27,834 nucleotides of DNA, from IMG/VR virus record IMGVR_UViG_3300025168_000504, positions 1 through 27,834 of that record; one strand, given 5' to 3'. The position numbers and the translations under genes were made by a program. This document shows positions 17,118 through 25,907 of the stretch, one piece after another. Position 1 is the first letter of the stretch. Each line of letters starts with the position of its first letter. The DNA is from a virus. Lineage: Duplodnaviria > Caudoviricetes. Under the pieces are notes generated by a model that was not told the origin of the DNA, ran no database searches, and was given only the letters and a program-made list of their open reading frames with translations.

Positions 17118-17563
17118 TAAGCTGCCCTCATCATATGAAGTGTACCTGACTTAGTGTAGCCCATGCGGTCAAGGATGCGGCCTAGTGTGGCATTCTCAAT
17201 TCCCGCAAAAACAGAGATAACAATCTCATCAGCGCGGGGCGCGGCCCACTCTTTAAAAGATTTTAATAAACGAACACCTTGTCCTCCCGAACGATGCTCA
17301 GGCAGGACATATAAGATAATGTCGCGAGCTACCTGTACGTCAGTCCACAAGTCAGTAGATACCTCGCCAAGGAATACCCCAATTAATTTATCGTTGAGAA
17401 CAACACCTTTAGTGTAAACAGACGTATTTAAGATTAAATCGCACAAGATATACTCTGTGCGCTCTTCGTGCAGAGCATAATCTTTGTACACGCTTTCCAC
17501 ATGCATGGAACGAGCGATATGCAGTAGCTGAGGTACGTCGGCTTGGGTCAAATCTCGGATCAT
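17117..17563 (-). CDS. GNAT-family acetyltransferase (148 aa)
   Basis: MIRDLTQADVPQL...LYVLPEHRSGGQGVRLL (acetyl-CoA-binding motif A)...RMGY; occupies the conserved slot between tail tubular B and the ejection proteins. Confidence 0.9.
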   Translation of the reverse strand: MIRDLTQADVPQLLHIARSMHVESVYKDYALHEERTEYILCDLILNTSVYTKGVVLNDKLIGVFLGEVSTDLWTDVQVARDIILYVLPEHRSGGQGVRLLKSFKEWAAPRADEIVISVFAGIENATLGRILDRMGYTKSGTLHMMRAA

Positions 17564-20352
17564 CAGTTACCCCCAATCAACACGTCCGGCACCAAAGCTA
17601 GGAGGTTCATCGGCAAAGGATCTCGCTGTTGCACGATAACGTATCCGTCTTTATTCCAGCTTGGTGACATCGTAACGCCTTTGTCTCCAGTGACCCACTC
17701 GGGAGGTTGGCCGTATTGAGCCGAAAGGCCGTATTTTATTTCGCGCATGTGGTCCCGGTCGGGTCCGTACCATCCGCCTAGTGTAGTCGCAAACCTCAAA
17801 CTAAGGCGACTAATTTTCTTGTCTCTGCCTTGTATGGTGTCGCCGACGTTGCCGTTGTCTATGCGAAGAGACTGGATCTCCGACGTGTAGGGTAGACCGA
17901 TATGCACCCTGCTCGCGGCGCTAGGAAGCGTCACAGAGCCATTTGCTATAGTAAGGTCGCGTATGACATAGCCGTTAGCTAGAGCGACCACTGTCTGGCC
18001 TTCTAGGTGCCATAAGCCGCCTAGTGTGGTCACAGCTTCACGAACTTCACCGCTTGAGCTGTAAACCTTGAAGGCAGTGCTGTTGACGTTAACGCCGTTG
18101 TTCTGAAGTTGGAATGTGTGGGTCGTAGCCCCAGCTACAGTATAGCCGGTTCCCTCAAGCTCAGTGTCGTATGACCACCCACGAGTAGCAGCGCTGTCAA
18201 CGACCTTAATACCCGTTATGTCAACGACATCTCCGTTGCTAAACCCGTGAGAAGTTGCGGTAACGACAACCGGATTTGCATTGGTAAAACCCGTAATTGT
18301 TACCGGGCTGTCTAGCGTCAAACCGCTGTCCACAAAATAACTGTCTTGCACATCCGATATGTCGCGGCTCCGCATACGCTCAATGTATTTGACAGTAGCA
18401 CCACCGATGATGCGGTCTACGACGTAGTACGTGAAGTCGTCGTCCCCTTCCCGAATAGCGGCAGCAGATTTAAAGTCGCCCTTAGTAGTATGGCGATGCC
18501 ATCCAAATACGTTTTGTTCTCGAGAGTACGTCATGCCAAGGAGCACGCCGTCATCCCGCACACACCAGATTATGCTGTGTGGTGCCTGAGCGTATGTCCA
18601 ATCTACAATGGTGTCGTTGTCGAACAAGTGGCGGGCCAACACCGACAGATCGTTACCGGCGTAGCTGTCGCTCTCAAACTTATATCCAAGATCGCGGACG
18701 GACTGACCCGGTTGCATATAGATGACGATGTCGCCAGCTACGATGGGGGGTAGACTTGTAGAGCCGTAGTATGACTGCGGCTTAATCTGAATACCGGCAG
18801 GGGTAATAACGCCGTCTACGCCCTGAACCAACCACTCACCACCCGACGTCAAGATTACAAGATCGGACAGAGAAACGTAGTGGCGTATCTCATTGACCTG
18901 CCTACTCGCGAGGGTCACCGTTATTGCGTCGTCGTCTCGCGCTGGGCTGGAGACGGCGAGATTAGTAAAATGCGCTGTCTGCGTCATCCACACACGCTGT
19001 GTGTAGCTGTCGCTGTTACCGAAAAGTTTGCGCTGCTCGTGATAACCTGCCGTAGACGGAAAATTACCGGTCCCCACAAAAGGGTTTCGTGTACGAGGAG
19101 GGGTGTCGCTTACCTCTGGGCCAATGTTTATGTCAGTAAAATCAGTCAACTCAGTGCGGCCAATAAAACCAAAGAGGCCGTTCTTCTCCCGGTATACGGT
19201 GTAGCTCTCCGCATTAGCTGCTGCGGTCCACGCTACCGTATTATCTGGCTCGAGGTGACTGTTTGTGATCTTGATAAACATCGGGAACACGCTGCCCCCA
19301 GACGAGTAAGTTGTGTAATTCGTCGTATTGACTTGCGCTCCGGCGTTGTCAGTAAGCTCAAAAGTAGTACTACCCTTGTTGGAAACTTTAAAAACTTGGC
19401 CGTTAGCCTCGGTCATCCCCACTACGCCGCTGATATACACGTCGTCGCCATTTAAAAGCCCGTGCGATCCCGAAGTCGTAACCACACCCGGATCTGCTTT
19501 TGTTATGGCAGTAATACCGCTACCTACTGCCGGGGCGGTGCCGCGAAGGCTTTCTTCCCCGCTGTCAAGATTGGTTGCGGTCACAACGTAGCGGTATGTC
19601 GTCGAACCAGTGGTGTTTACCGTGACCCCTAACCCTGTAGGAAAGGCTTGCTTTGGTTGAAAATCTATCTCCGTAATTGTCCAAGCATCGTGACCTGTGC
19701 GGGCAATATCTCGGGGAGCGTAGTCTGGGTGCGTAACGGTTAACACGTCCGCTGATTGGACATACTGCAGATCAAAGATGTCGGCGGCGGTGTAGGGCGT
19801 GGTCAACTCGAAGACCTTCTGCGCGGTTCCTGCAGATCCGTAAGTTGTAAACGCAGTGCTATTTATGTTTGCTCCTGCGTAATCAGTTAGGGCGAAGGTG
19901 TTCGTCGTGACACTAGCGGCGCGTAGAAACCTACCGTTAAGCTCTGTCATGCCAACTACGCCAGTGATAAACACGTCGTCACCGTTGCTAAATCCGTGGC
20001 TGCTTGACGTGACTACCGCAGGGTTTGCCTTAGTTACCGCACTAATGGTTTTTGCGCTTCCAGTCAGAACCTGACCGCCGTCTTTATAGACACGCATGTA
20101 CAGGTTACCGAACTCTAGAATGTAGGTCTGAGTAGTGTTGAACTCAAACGGTATTAAACGAACGGCAGTAGATGGTGTCTTAGCTGGGGAAACGTACTCC
20201 AAACCGGGTCGGTTAGTCAGACCCCCATGTACTTGCACAAAGAAATTTTCAGCCTTGTAAACAGAGGATTTATATTTGTCGATATCAACACGAGCCGCAA
20301 TAGCATCGCTGACCTCACCCCCTGACAAATTTGCCTGAATAACTTTTGTCAT
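17563..20352 (-). CDS. Tail tubular protein B / nozzle (T7 gp12, P22 gp10-like; 929 aa)
   Basis: QANLSGGEVS...GGLTNRPG...RLIPFEF...LEFGNLYMR...QSADVL...GWHRH...VDSG...QQRDPLPMNLLA signature; follows tubular protein A. Confidence 0.92.
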   Translation of the reverse strand: MTKVIQANLSGGEVSDAIAARVDIDKYKSSVYKAENFFVQVHGGLTNRPGLEYVSPAKTPSTAVRLIPFEFNTTQTYILEFGNLYMRVYKDGGQVLTGSAKTISAVTKANPAVVTSSSHGFSNGDDVFITGVVGMTELNGRFLRAASVTTNTFALTDYAGANINSTAFTTYGSAGTAQKVFELTTPYTAADIFDLQYVQSADVLTVTHPDYAPRDIARTGHDAWTITEIDFQPKQAFPTGLGVTVNTTGSTTYRYVVTATNLDSGEESLRGTAPAVGSGITAITKADPGVVTTSGSHGLLNGDDVYISGVVGMTEANGQVFKVSNKGSTTFELTDNAGAQVNTTNYTTYSSGGSVFPMFIKITNSHLEPDNTVAWTAAANAESYTVYREKNGLFGFIGRTELTDFTDINIGPEVSDTPPRTRNPFVGTGNFPSTAGYHEQRKLFGNSDSYTQRVWMTQTAHFTNLAVSSPARDDDAITVTLASRQVNEIRHYVSLSDLVILTSGGEWLVQGVDGVITPAGIQIKPQSYYGSTSLPPIVAGDIVIYMQPGQSVRDLGYKFESDSYAGNDLSVLARHLFDNDTIVDWTYAQAPHSIIWCVRDDGVLLGMTYSREQNVFGWHRHTTKGDFKSAAAIREGDDDFTYYVVDRIIGGATVKYIERMRSRDISDVQDSYFVDSGLTLDSPVTITGFTNANPVVVTATSHGFSNGDVVDITGIKVVDSAATRGWSYDTELEGTGYTVAGATTHTFQLQNNGVNVNSTAFKVYSSSGEVREAVTTLGGLWHLEGQTVVALANGYVIRDLTIANGSVTLPSAASRVHIGLPYTSEIQSLRIDNGNVGDTIQGRDKKISRLSLRFATTLGGWYGPDRDHMREIKYGLSAQYGQPPEWVTGDKGVTMSPSWNKDGYVIVQQRDPLPMNLLALVPDVLIGGN
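18043..20049 (-). repeat. Three dispersed copies of an ~76-86-aa inserted domain (E1-FCCH-like phage domain) at ~19822-20049, ~19288-19515 and ~18043-18300
   Basis: ISAVTKANPAVVTSSSHGFSNGDDVFITGV / ITAITKADPGVVTTSGSHGLLNGDDVYISGV / ITGFTNANPVVVTATSHGFSNGDVVDITGI, each ending TFxL...N[ST]TxxxxY. Confidence 0.88.
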
Positions 20353-20945
20353 TAAACCCTAGCCCTAATCCAATCTGCGTCCGGTATTGCGGGCTCAATA
20401 CCTTCATTAGAGTCACTAGCCCATGCGCTGTTAATCACGGCTTGCGCTTGCTGAAACAAGAAATCAGCAATACCGTTGTCGCCTGTCAGCGGCATAGCCA
20501 TGCGCGCACCAAGGACATAGGAAAACGCCATAACAAACTCTGGGTCGTAGTCTGCGGTATCTTCAGCTCGGAAGGTGTAAAATATTTGTGGGGTTTCTTC
20601 GTTACTTAACATGACGCGAGTGTTGTCCGCATTGCGGGCAACCTCAAACTTAATCTTTGGCTGGTCGTCACCTAATGGGTTTACGATGCCGAGCAGCTTA
20701 ATGCAGTCCGTAGGGTAGGTGTACATGTACGTCCAGTTACCGGGCACCGTACCGGCCAAAGCGGCTGGTGACGTATACTTTGTGGCGAACACCCACGGAT
20801 GTTGACGTAGTAAAGCATCCCGCGTGTCGTCATAAAGCAGGTTGACCTGCTCCGCTTCTGGCGTTGCCTCGGTGATGTCGCTTATATCGTAGCGGTCACC
20901 GACGTGCTGCAAAGCCAGCTTGGCAATTTGTACCTTACTAGCCAT
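20352..20945 (-). CDS. Tail tubular protein A / head-tail adaptor (197 aa)
   Basis: SKVQIAKLALQHVG...LYDDTRDALLRQHPWVFA...YTYPTDCIK...FVMAFSYVLGARMAMPLTG...WIRAR; GAGGAG SD. Confidence 0.9.
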   Translation of the reverse strand: MASKVQIAKLALQHVGDRYDISDITEATPEAEQVNLLYDDTRDALLRQHPWVFATKYTSPAALAGTVPGNWTYMYTYPTDCIKLLGIVNPLGDDQPKIKFEVARNADNTRVMLSNEETPQIFYTFRAEDTADYDPEFVMAFSYVLGARMAMPLTGDNGIADFLFQQAQAVINSAWASDSNEGIEPAIPDADWIRARV

Positions 20946-20951
20946 CGGATA

Positions 20952-21125
20952 CTACTCCTCAGACTTAACGGAAGCGCGGCGGCGAACAGGCTTTTCAACT
21001 TTCTCCTCAATAATCTCGATGCCACGAGTGGGCAGCACTACACTATCACTGACGTCGTACTCGACGCCGGTACGGTAACGACGGTTATTGTCGAAGAAGT
21101 CAGTGTGAAAAATAACTTTAGGCAT
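20952..21125 (-). CDS. Small hypothetical protein (57 aa), below the ORF-track cutoff
   Basis: AAGAGGA SD then ATG 21125: MPKVIFHTDFFDNNRRYRTGVEYDVSDSVVLPTRGIEIIEEKVEKPVRRRASVKSEE*. Fills the gap between the cement gene and tubular A. Confidence 0.85.
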   Translation of the reverse strand: MPKVIFHTDFFDNNRRYRTGVEYDVSDSVVLPTRGIEIIEEKVEKPVRRRASVKSEE

Positions 21126-21139
21126 GGGTCAATCCTCTT

Positions 21140-21174
21140 AATAGAGAGTGGTGGGGGCGACTAAGCCCCCACCA
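21140..21174 (-). terminator. GC-rich hairpin, probable leaky intrinsic terminator after the capsid genes
   Basis: Perfect 10-bp stem TGGTGGGGGC-ttagtc-GCCCCCACCA (21149-21174), 5 nt after the cement gene stop, followed by an imperfect U-tract CTCTCTATT. Confidence 0.75.
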
Positions 21175-21179
21175 AACAC

Positions 21180-21629
21180 TTAGTTAGTTGAGTCAGGCAA
21201 AGCAGTCCAACCGACCGGATCGTAGGTCAAGAAGGCATTGATCTTACCTGCCGTCAACGCCGCAGTTGCGGTTGTAGTAGCAACACCGAGGAACCGTTCG
21301 TAAGTTCCAATAGGTAGGGCAACCACAGCAACTGTGTAACCGGCGATTAACGTAGCCTTTGCAACAGGACCGGACGCAAAGTGCTGCGTGGCCGTTCCGT
21401 CAACTGCAATAGCAGCCGCTGCGTCAGACAACAGTTTAAAATCGACAGTGGCAGATCCGCCCGACGTTACCGCAGTGTCCACTTGGATCACGAGGTAGAT
21501 CGGCTGGCCGTTACCAATGTCAGAAGTTGTAGAGCCAAGGTCAATGACATCACCAATAAGGTCGGTGTCAGTTCCCGAGGTATCGAGTGCGGTGGCATCC
21601 GCAAATTCAAGCCGTTCGTCCATAATCAT
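21180..21629 (-). CDS. Capsid cement/decoration protein, Bbp16-like (149 aa)
   Basis: Start re-assigned to ATG 21629 (AGAAAGGA SD). MIMDERLEFADAT...DVIDLG...DIGNGQPIYL...ERFLG...TAGKINAFLT; directly after the major capsid gene. Confidence 0.88.
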   Translation of the reverse strand: MIMDERLEFADATALDTSGTDTDLIGDVIDLGSTTSDIGNGQPIYLVIQVDTAVTSGGSATVDFKLLSDAAAAIAVDGTATQHFASGPVAKATLIAGYTVAVVALPIGTYERFLGVATTTATAALTAGKINAFLTYDPVGWTALPDSTN

Positions 21630-21655
21630 GGGATAATCCTTTCTATATGGATGAG

Positions 21656-22654
21656 TTAGGAAACAGTCGCTTCGTTGCCACGAAGGGCATCGCAACGACG
21701 GATCGGGATACCACCCCATGAGGTCTGCATCGTACCACCTACGATATCAGTAGTCAGGGTCGAGCTAGAAACAGCACTCGACGTCTGGCGACGCAGCATG
21801 GACAGGATTGACTTATCCATGTACCACGCACAACGACCCATCGACACGTTTGGAATTTCCGTCCACGCCTGATGCATTAGGTCATTAAGGTTAGCGCCGG
21901 ATGCTGCTGTAGCCAGAAGGGCTGAACGATCAATGTTTGCGATACGAACTGCGTAGCGCCAATCACGAACAGACAGACCAACATCCCAACGGTAATGCGT
22001 GCGGAATGCCTGCATACGACCGTTGGAACCATCAGCGTTCTCAAGGGTAACTTCACCCAGATCGCGCTGCTGAACGCCAGCTTTCGAGCCTTTAGGGATA
22101 ATACCGTGGCAGGTATTTGGTCCCCAGCAGATCAGCCAGATGGACGCATTGTCCGAACCCGACCCACCGCCTGCAATGATGTTGTCACCGTTTTCAGCGG
22201 AGAGAGAGTTATACCGAGCTGACAGACCCGTGAACTCTTCAGGTGCAGTGCTTTCATCGCCATAGAACAACGTAGACGCGAACTCTTGGTTCATGCCTTC
22301 GATGTGCGGACGATCTTCCTGAAGACGGAATGCAGCAGGGTTACCTGCCATTTCAACAAGGGCTTTATCAACTTCGGAGTAGTCCTCCATCATCCCTGTG
22401 TTGTCCGTGACCTGTACTGCGCGACTCTTCGTTGGCTGTACGCCGCCGTAGAGTTTACGCCAAGTCGGTGTAGGCAGACCAGAACGGATCGAAGTCCGGT
22501 GGCCTGTGGTTAAGTTGCCCTCAAGGAACGTCATGTCCATGAGAATTTCATTAGTGGCGTTGAGAATTTCTACAACGTCAGCAATGGACCCGTCAGGATC
22601 GGTGACCTTTGCAAGGTCAGCGAGCGTCGGGTTAGTTACGCTAAGAGTAGCCAT
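21656..22654 (-). CDS. Major capsid protein, BPP-1/epsilon15-like HK97 fold (332 aa)
   Basis: PTLADLAK...NEILMDM...EGNLTTGHRTSIRSGLPTPTWR...LFYGD...FTGLSARY...WDVGLSVRDWRYAVRIANID...GIPIRRCDAL; AAGGAG SD. Confidence 0.95.
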   Translation of the reverse strand: MATLSVTNPTLADLAKVTDPDGSIADVVEILNATNEILMDMTFLEGNLTTGHRTSIRSGLPTPTWRKLYGGVQPTKSRAVQVTDNTGMMEDYSEVDKALVEMAGNPAAFRLQEDRPHIEGMNQEFASTLFYGDESTAPEEFTGLSARYNSLSAENGDNIIAGGGSGSDNASIWLICWGPNTCHGIIPKGSKAGVQQRDLGEVTLENADGSNGRMQAFRTHYRWDVGLSVRDWRYAVRIANIDRSALLATAASGANLNDLMHQAWTEIPNVSMGRCAWYMDKSILSMLRRQTSSAVSSSTLTTDIVGGTMQTSWGGIPIRRCDALRGNEATVS

Positions 22655-22666
22655 AAAGTTTTCTCC

Positions 22667-23323
22667 TTAGTTGGCTGCGAACATCGTTGGATACATCTTC
22701 TCCAAACTATCTCGGCCTTCGATTTTATTGTCTCCGGTGACGAGATCGCTTTCAGAGATGGCGCGCCCAACACGATAAAAGAGGCGAATTACCTCTGGAT
22801 GGTTCCCCAAGCCGAGCCCGTCAGGGTTATCAGCAGAGGGGGCGTCAATCAGCTTAGCCAGTTGCGGACTACCAAACGTGTCGATGGCCCGCTTTGCCAG
22901 CCCAAGGTTCTCGTCGAGGTTCTCCCCGCCAAGCTCCTTGTCAGCCTTAGTGTCTTCAGCCCAGTGATTAATGCGTTCACTAAACTGTGTAGACATCTCT
23001 TCCAGTGCTGCCGCACTGCGTTGGATGTCGTATTCCACAAGTTGCTGGAACTGTTTCTGATTAAGACCTAATTCCTTGGCGGTCTCGCCAAAGACTTCGA
23101 TTTTATCCGAATCAACTTCAACACCTTCTGGTGGCTCGAACTCGTACTTTTCAGGTACTACGTTGTCGCCTTCTCCTTCTCCCTCGTCACCCGACAGCAG
23201 GGTCTTGGATTCTTCTTCGCCAGCGACTTCTTCAGTCTGCTCGGCGGATACCTCTTCGGTTACAGGAGCTTCTTCAGCCACTGCTTCCTCAACTACTTCT
23301 TCAACTACTTCTTCGTCTGCCAT
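22667..23323 (-). CDS. Capsid scaffolding protein (218 aa)
   Basis: Acidic N-terminus, PEKYEF...AKELGLNQKQFQ...W...DKELGG...GLGNHPEVIRLFYRVGRAISE. GGAGG SD favours ATG 23323 over 23335. Confidence 0.85.
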   Translation of the reverse strand: MADEEVVEEVVEEAVAEEAPVTEEVSAEQTEEVAGEEESKTLLSGDEGEGEGDNVVPEKYEFEPPEGVEVDSDKIEVFGETAKELGLNQKQFQQLVEYDIQRSAAALEEMSTQFSERINHWAEDTKADKELGGENLDENLGLAKRAIDTFGSPQLAKLIDAPSADNPDGLGLGNHPEVIRLFYRVGRAISESDLVTGDNKIEGRDSLEKMYPTMFAAN

Positions 23324-23338
23324 GTTCTCCTCCATTGG

Positions 23339-23632
23339 CTATTCATCGAAATGGTTCTCTTCAAGCATCTTCATATAGGCCGCAGAATTTTGACCGCGAA
23401 GATGCTCGTGAAGCGTCGTGCCTACAGATCGTGCGCCTTCGTTAAACGCCGTAGCGTTGGGGCTGTCTGGCACAAAGCTCGGTGAGTTAATGTGGCTATG
23501 AGCAAACATCAGATTGTACAGCCACCGCCTGCCCCGAGGCTCAGACACAATGAAATCAATGTCCTTCTGCAGGTCATCTTCTTCCCGCTGAGCCTTGGCT
23601 ACTTGTTCAGGGTCGGAGGCGTTGTAGGTCAT
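23339..23632 (-). CDS. Conserved small protein between portal and scaffold, Bbp19-like (97 aa)
   Basis: DIDFIVSEPRGRRWLY...TAFNEGARSVG motif; ATGA overlap with the portal stop. Confidence 0.85.
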   Translation of the reverse strand: MTYNASDPEQVAKAQREEDDLQKDIDFIVSEPRGRRWLYNLMFAHSHINSPSFVPDSPNATAFNEGARSVGTTLHEHLRGQNSAAYMKMLEENHFDE

Positions 23633-25377
23633 ACGGCAGTTTCCGGTGTACCACCACCGAGGCCGCTAATCAGCTCCGTCAACGCGTTGGGGTTCTGCGT
23701 ATCAGTCTCGCTCAATACTTTGGCGCTTTGTGCAGCTTGTCCGCCCATCTCCATAACCTGCGCGGCCTGCTGCTCCTCAGCCCTAGCTTGGCGCTTGGCT
23801 TCAAGATCGTCGCTGGAAATGATAACGTTAGGGCTGGTGCCGAGGATGTCTGAGTATTGACGTAGGGCTTCGTCGGCATCTATGCCGTCTACGATATCTG
23901 GGAACACCGCGACCATATTACCGGCAAAACCAAGGACGCGCTCGAGGCTGGAGGCGGCAACAGCCTGCTGGGCCTGTGCAAGTAGAGACACATACTCTAC
24001 CTCCAAGTCTTCACCTTCGAGTGCTTCCGGTATTGGGGGGAGGAGACCACCCTCGAGAGCATACTCGAAGACGTCGTCCAATAGTGGGTCCAACAGTTCT
24101 ACATTGATCCGTTGTAGCACAGGCCCAAGCAGCACTAATTTCTCTTCGTGTCGTTCCACTACTTCAGTAGCGGTCATCTGTCTGCGGTCTGAGTTAATCA
24201 TCATGGCAAACAAGTCGGCGTAGAAACCACGCTGCACACGGTTCTGCACTTCCTGAATGTCGAGCATCAAGTCATTGATGCGAGGCTGCACTTGATACGC
24301 TGGGGCAAAGCCTTGCGCTCCCTGCAAAGGGTCAACGTATGTCGTCTGCCCCGGCAGCACTGTCGAAGGTTTACCTTTCAGGCTTGTCGGTGCAACCATC
24401 GGAGGGTTGACCATCTTGTCGATAGCCTGAGCCTTACGCTTCTGCTGGTGCTGCAACTGCTTGATGTCACCGAGGTTGTCCATTCCGGGAGATCTGCCGT
24501 AGACCTCGCCACTAAGAACGTCCCATCGCGGCACATACGCAGGAAATTTATTGTATCCGCTCTCCATCAAGAACTCGTCGCTCTCGGAAGACAGCTCGAA
24601 GTAGCAGCTCTTGAACGGCATATTCTTGCCGTCCTTTTTGCCGTACTCGCGATCTGCCATCAGGCGGGGCTCGATAAAGTGTACGACCTCGACGCGGGCA
24701 TCGTAATTGCCGTCGTCCCACAATTTCTTGGTTGCCTTGCTGACACCCTTCCAGTCCATCGCGCCGTCTTCGCTATGGACAAACTTCTGAATGATCTGGC
24801 CGACAGTCATTGTAAAGTGACGGCCCAAGGTATCCACCTCGCCAAGGTCGTTCTCGGCAATCACATACTCGCCAGCAGTGAACGGGCGGAAACGGATCAC
24901 GTTATCAAACGACGGCTGGCGGTACAGGGGTGCAGTGCCGAACGACCCAAGCTCTGTGTAGACAGTGTGAATTGAATTGTAGAAGTTAGATTTGTGTAGA
25001 ATGGATCTTTCGATGTGCTCGACCTGAGCCAGCCACGCCCGCACTTCACCGTCATCCATCAGATCATCGCGCACTTTGCGTCGATGCCACGGGCGTGCCG
25101 GTGACGTCATGCCGGACATCAGACCAGCAGCCATAGTCCGCATTGCCTGCGTGCCAGTGCTGTCAATAATCTTAGTGGTGCGCTTGCGGCCTTTGCTGTT
25201 CTGGCTCTCGATCAGATACCGACCACGACGAGGTGTGATGTAGTCTGTAATCTCCTGCCAATGCGAACGCCACGAAGAGCGGTCGTCTTCAAGCTGCAGG
25301 TAACGACGATAGAGCGCGGACTTCTTACCGCGCAAAGGCACGGTCGTGTACGTGTTGTCTACGCTAGGTAAAGGCAT
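23629..25377 (-). CDS. Portal (head-tail connector) protein (582 aa)
   Basis: WQEITDYITP...AAGLMSGMTSPARPW...FGTA...PRW...GEVYGRSPGM...MTATEVVERHEEKLVLLGPVLQR...EYVSLLAQAQ, the T7/BPP-1-type portal signature. Confidence 0.95.
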   Translation of the reverse strand: MPLPSVDNTYTTVPLRGKKSALYRRYLQLEDDRSSWRSHWQEITDYITPRRGRYLIESQNSKGRKRTTKIIDSTGTQAMRTMAAGLMSGMTSPARPWHRRKVRDDLMDDGEVRAWLAQVEHIERSILHKSNFYNSIHTVYTELGSFGTAPLYRQPSFDNVIRFRPFTAGEYVIAENDLGEVDTLGRHFTMTVGQIIQKFVHSEDGAMDWKGVSKATKKLWDDGNYDARVEVVHFIEPRLMADREYGKKDGKNMPFKSCYFELSSESDEFLMESGYNKFPAYVPRWDVLSGEVYGRSPGMDNLGDIKQLQHQQKRKAQAIDKMVNPPMVAPTSLKGKPSTVLPGQTTYVDPLQGAQGFAPAYQVQPRINDLMLDIQEVQNRVQRGFYADLFAMMINSDRRQMTATEVVERHEEKLVLLGPVLQRINVELLDPLLDDVFEYALEGGLLPPIPEALEGEDLEVEYVSLLAQAQQAVAASSLERVLGFAGNMVAVFPDIVDGIDADEALRQYSDILGTSPNVIISSDDLEAKRQARAEEQQAAQVMEMGGQAAQSAKVLSETDTQNPNALTELISGLGGGTPETAV

Positions 25378-25381
25378 ACTG

Positions 25382-25663
25382 TTAGCCCTTCATCGTCGGA
25401 TACATACGATCTGTAACCGCGTTTGCGTCTTCTTCTTCTTCGCCGTCTTCCATAAACGCGATCTCTGTAACTTCGAGCGTAGCGGTCATGCCGTCGTCAG
25501 TCTCGGACAGTGATGCGACCTTAACCGTGCAATGTATCTCGCGCTCAGTTCCTATAGGGCCTACGTCGCCCAGCTCAGACAACTGGTCGCTATCAAGGTA
25601 CAGCTTAGGCATAGGTTTTTTATCCTCGCCCATGAATGTCTTCATTACGTCGCCCATACCCAT
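25382..25663 (-). CDS. epsilon15 gp10-like capsid staple protein (93 aa)
   Basis: LYLDSDQLSELG...PIGTE...VKVASLSE...TLEVTEIAF...RMYP matches, from memory, the gp10 pattern LxLDxxxLxxLG...PxVG...VxSVS...LQITDI...FYP. Confidence 0.65.
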   Translation of the reverse strand: MGMGDVMKTFMGEDKKPMPKLYLDSDQLSELGDVGPIGTEREIHCTVKVASLSETDDGMTATLEVTEIAFMEDGEEEEDANAVTDRMYPTMKG

Positions 25664-25667
25664 AGGA

Positions 25668-25907
25668 TTAATTCCCTAACAGAGTTTTGTCTGCAGTATC
25701 AGCAGCGGCCATCGGACTTTTGTTAGTGCGGATAGTGCTACGAAGACCACGCGCTTGTTTCAAGCGGCGCTGCTCTGCTTCCCTAGATTGCACGACAGCC
25801 GGATCAGCCTTGGTAGGCGGCGGAGGCAAAGGCGGCGGAGGAGGAGGTGGCGAAGAAGACTTTCCCATACCAAAGCCGGGGACTGTGAATAGTTGTTTCA
25901 ATTTCAT
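25668..25907 (-). CDS. Small Pro-rich virion protein ending KTLLGN (T7 gp7.3-like slot), from an internal in-frame start (79 aa)
   Basis: AAGAAAGG SD (25915-25922) 7 nt before ATG 25907. MKLKQLFTVPGFGMGKSSSPPPPPPPLPPPP...RGLRSTIRT...KTLLGN. Confidence 0.7.
   Translation of the reverse strand: MKLKQLFTVPGFGMGKSSSPPPPPPPLPPPPTKADPAVVQSREAEQRRLKQARGLRSTIRTNKSPMAAADTADKTLLGN

Noticed and set aside
21630-21719. Cement-gene frame is open upstream across the capsid stop, suggesting a T7 10A/10B-like -1 frameshift fusion
   Set aside because: No X-XXY-YYZ slippery heptamer in the overlap, the extension looks non-protein-like, and the cement gene has its own strong SD.
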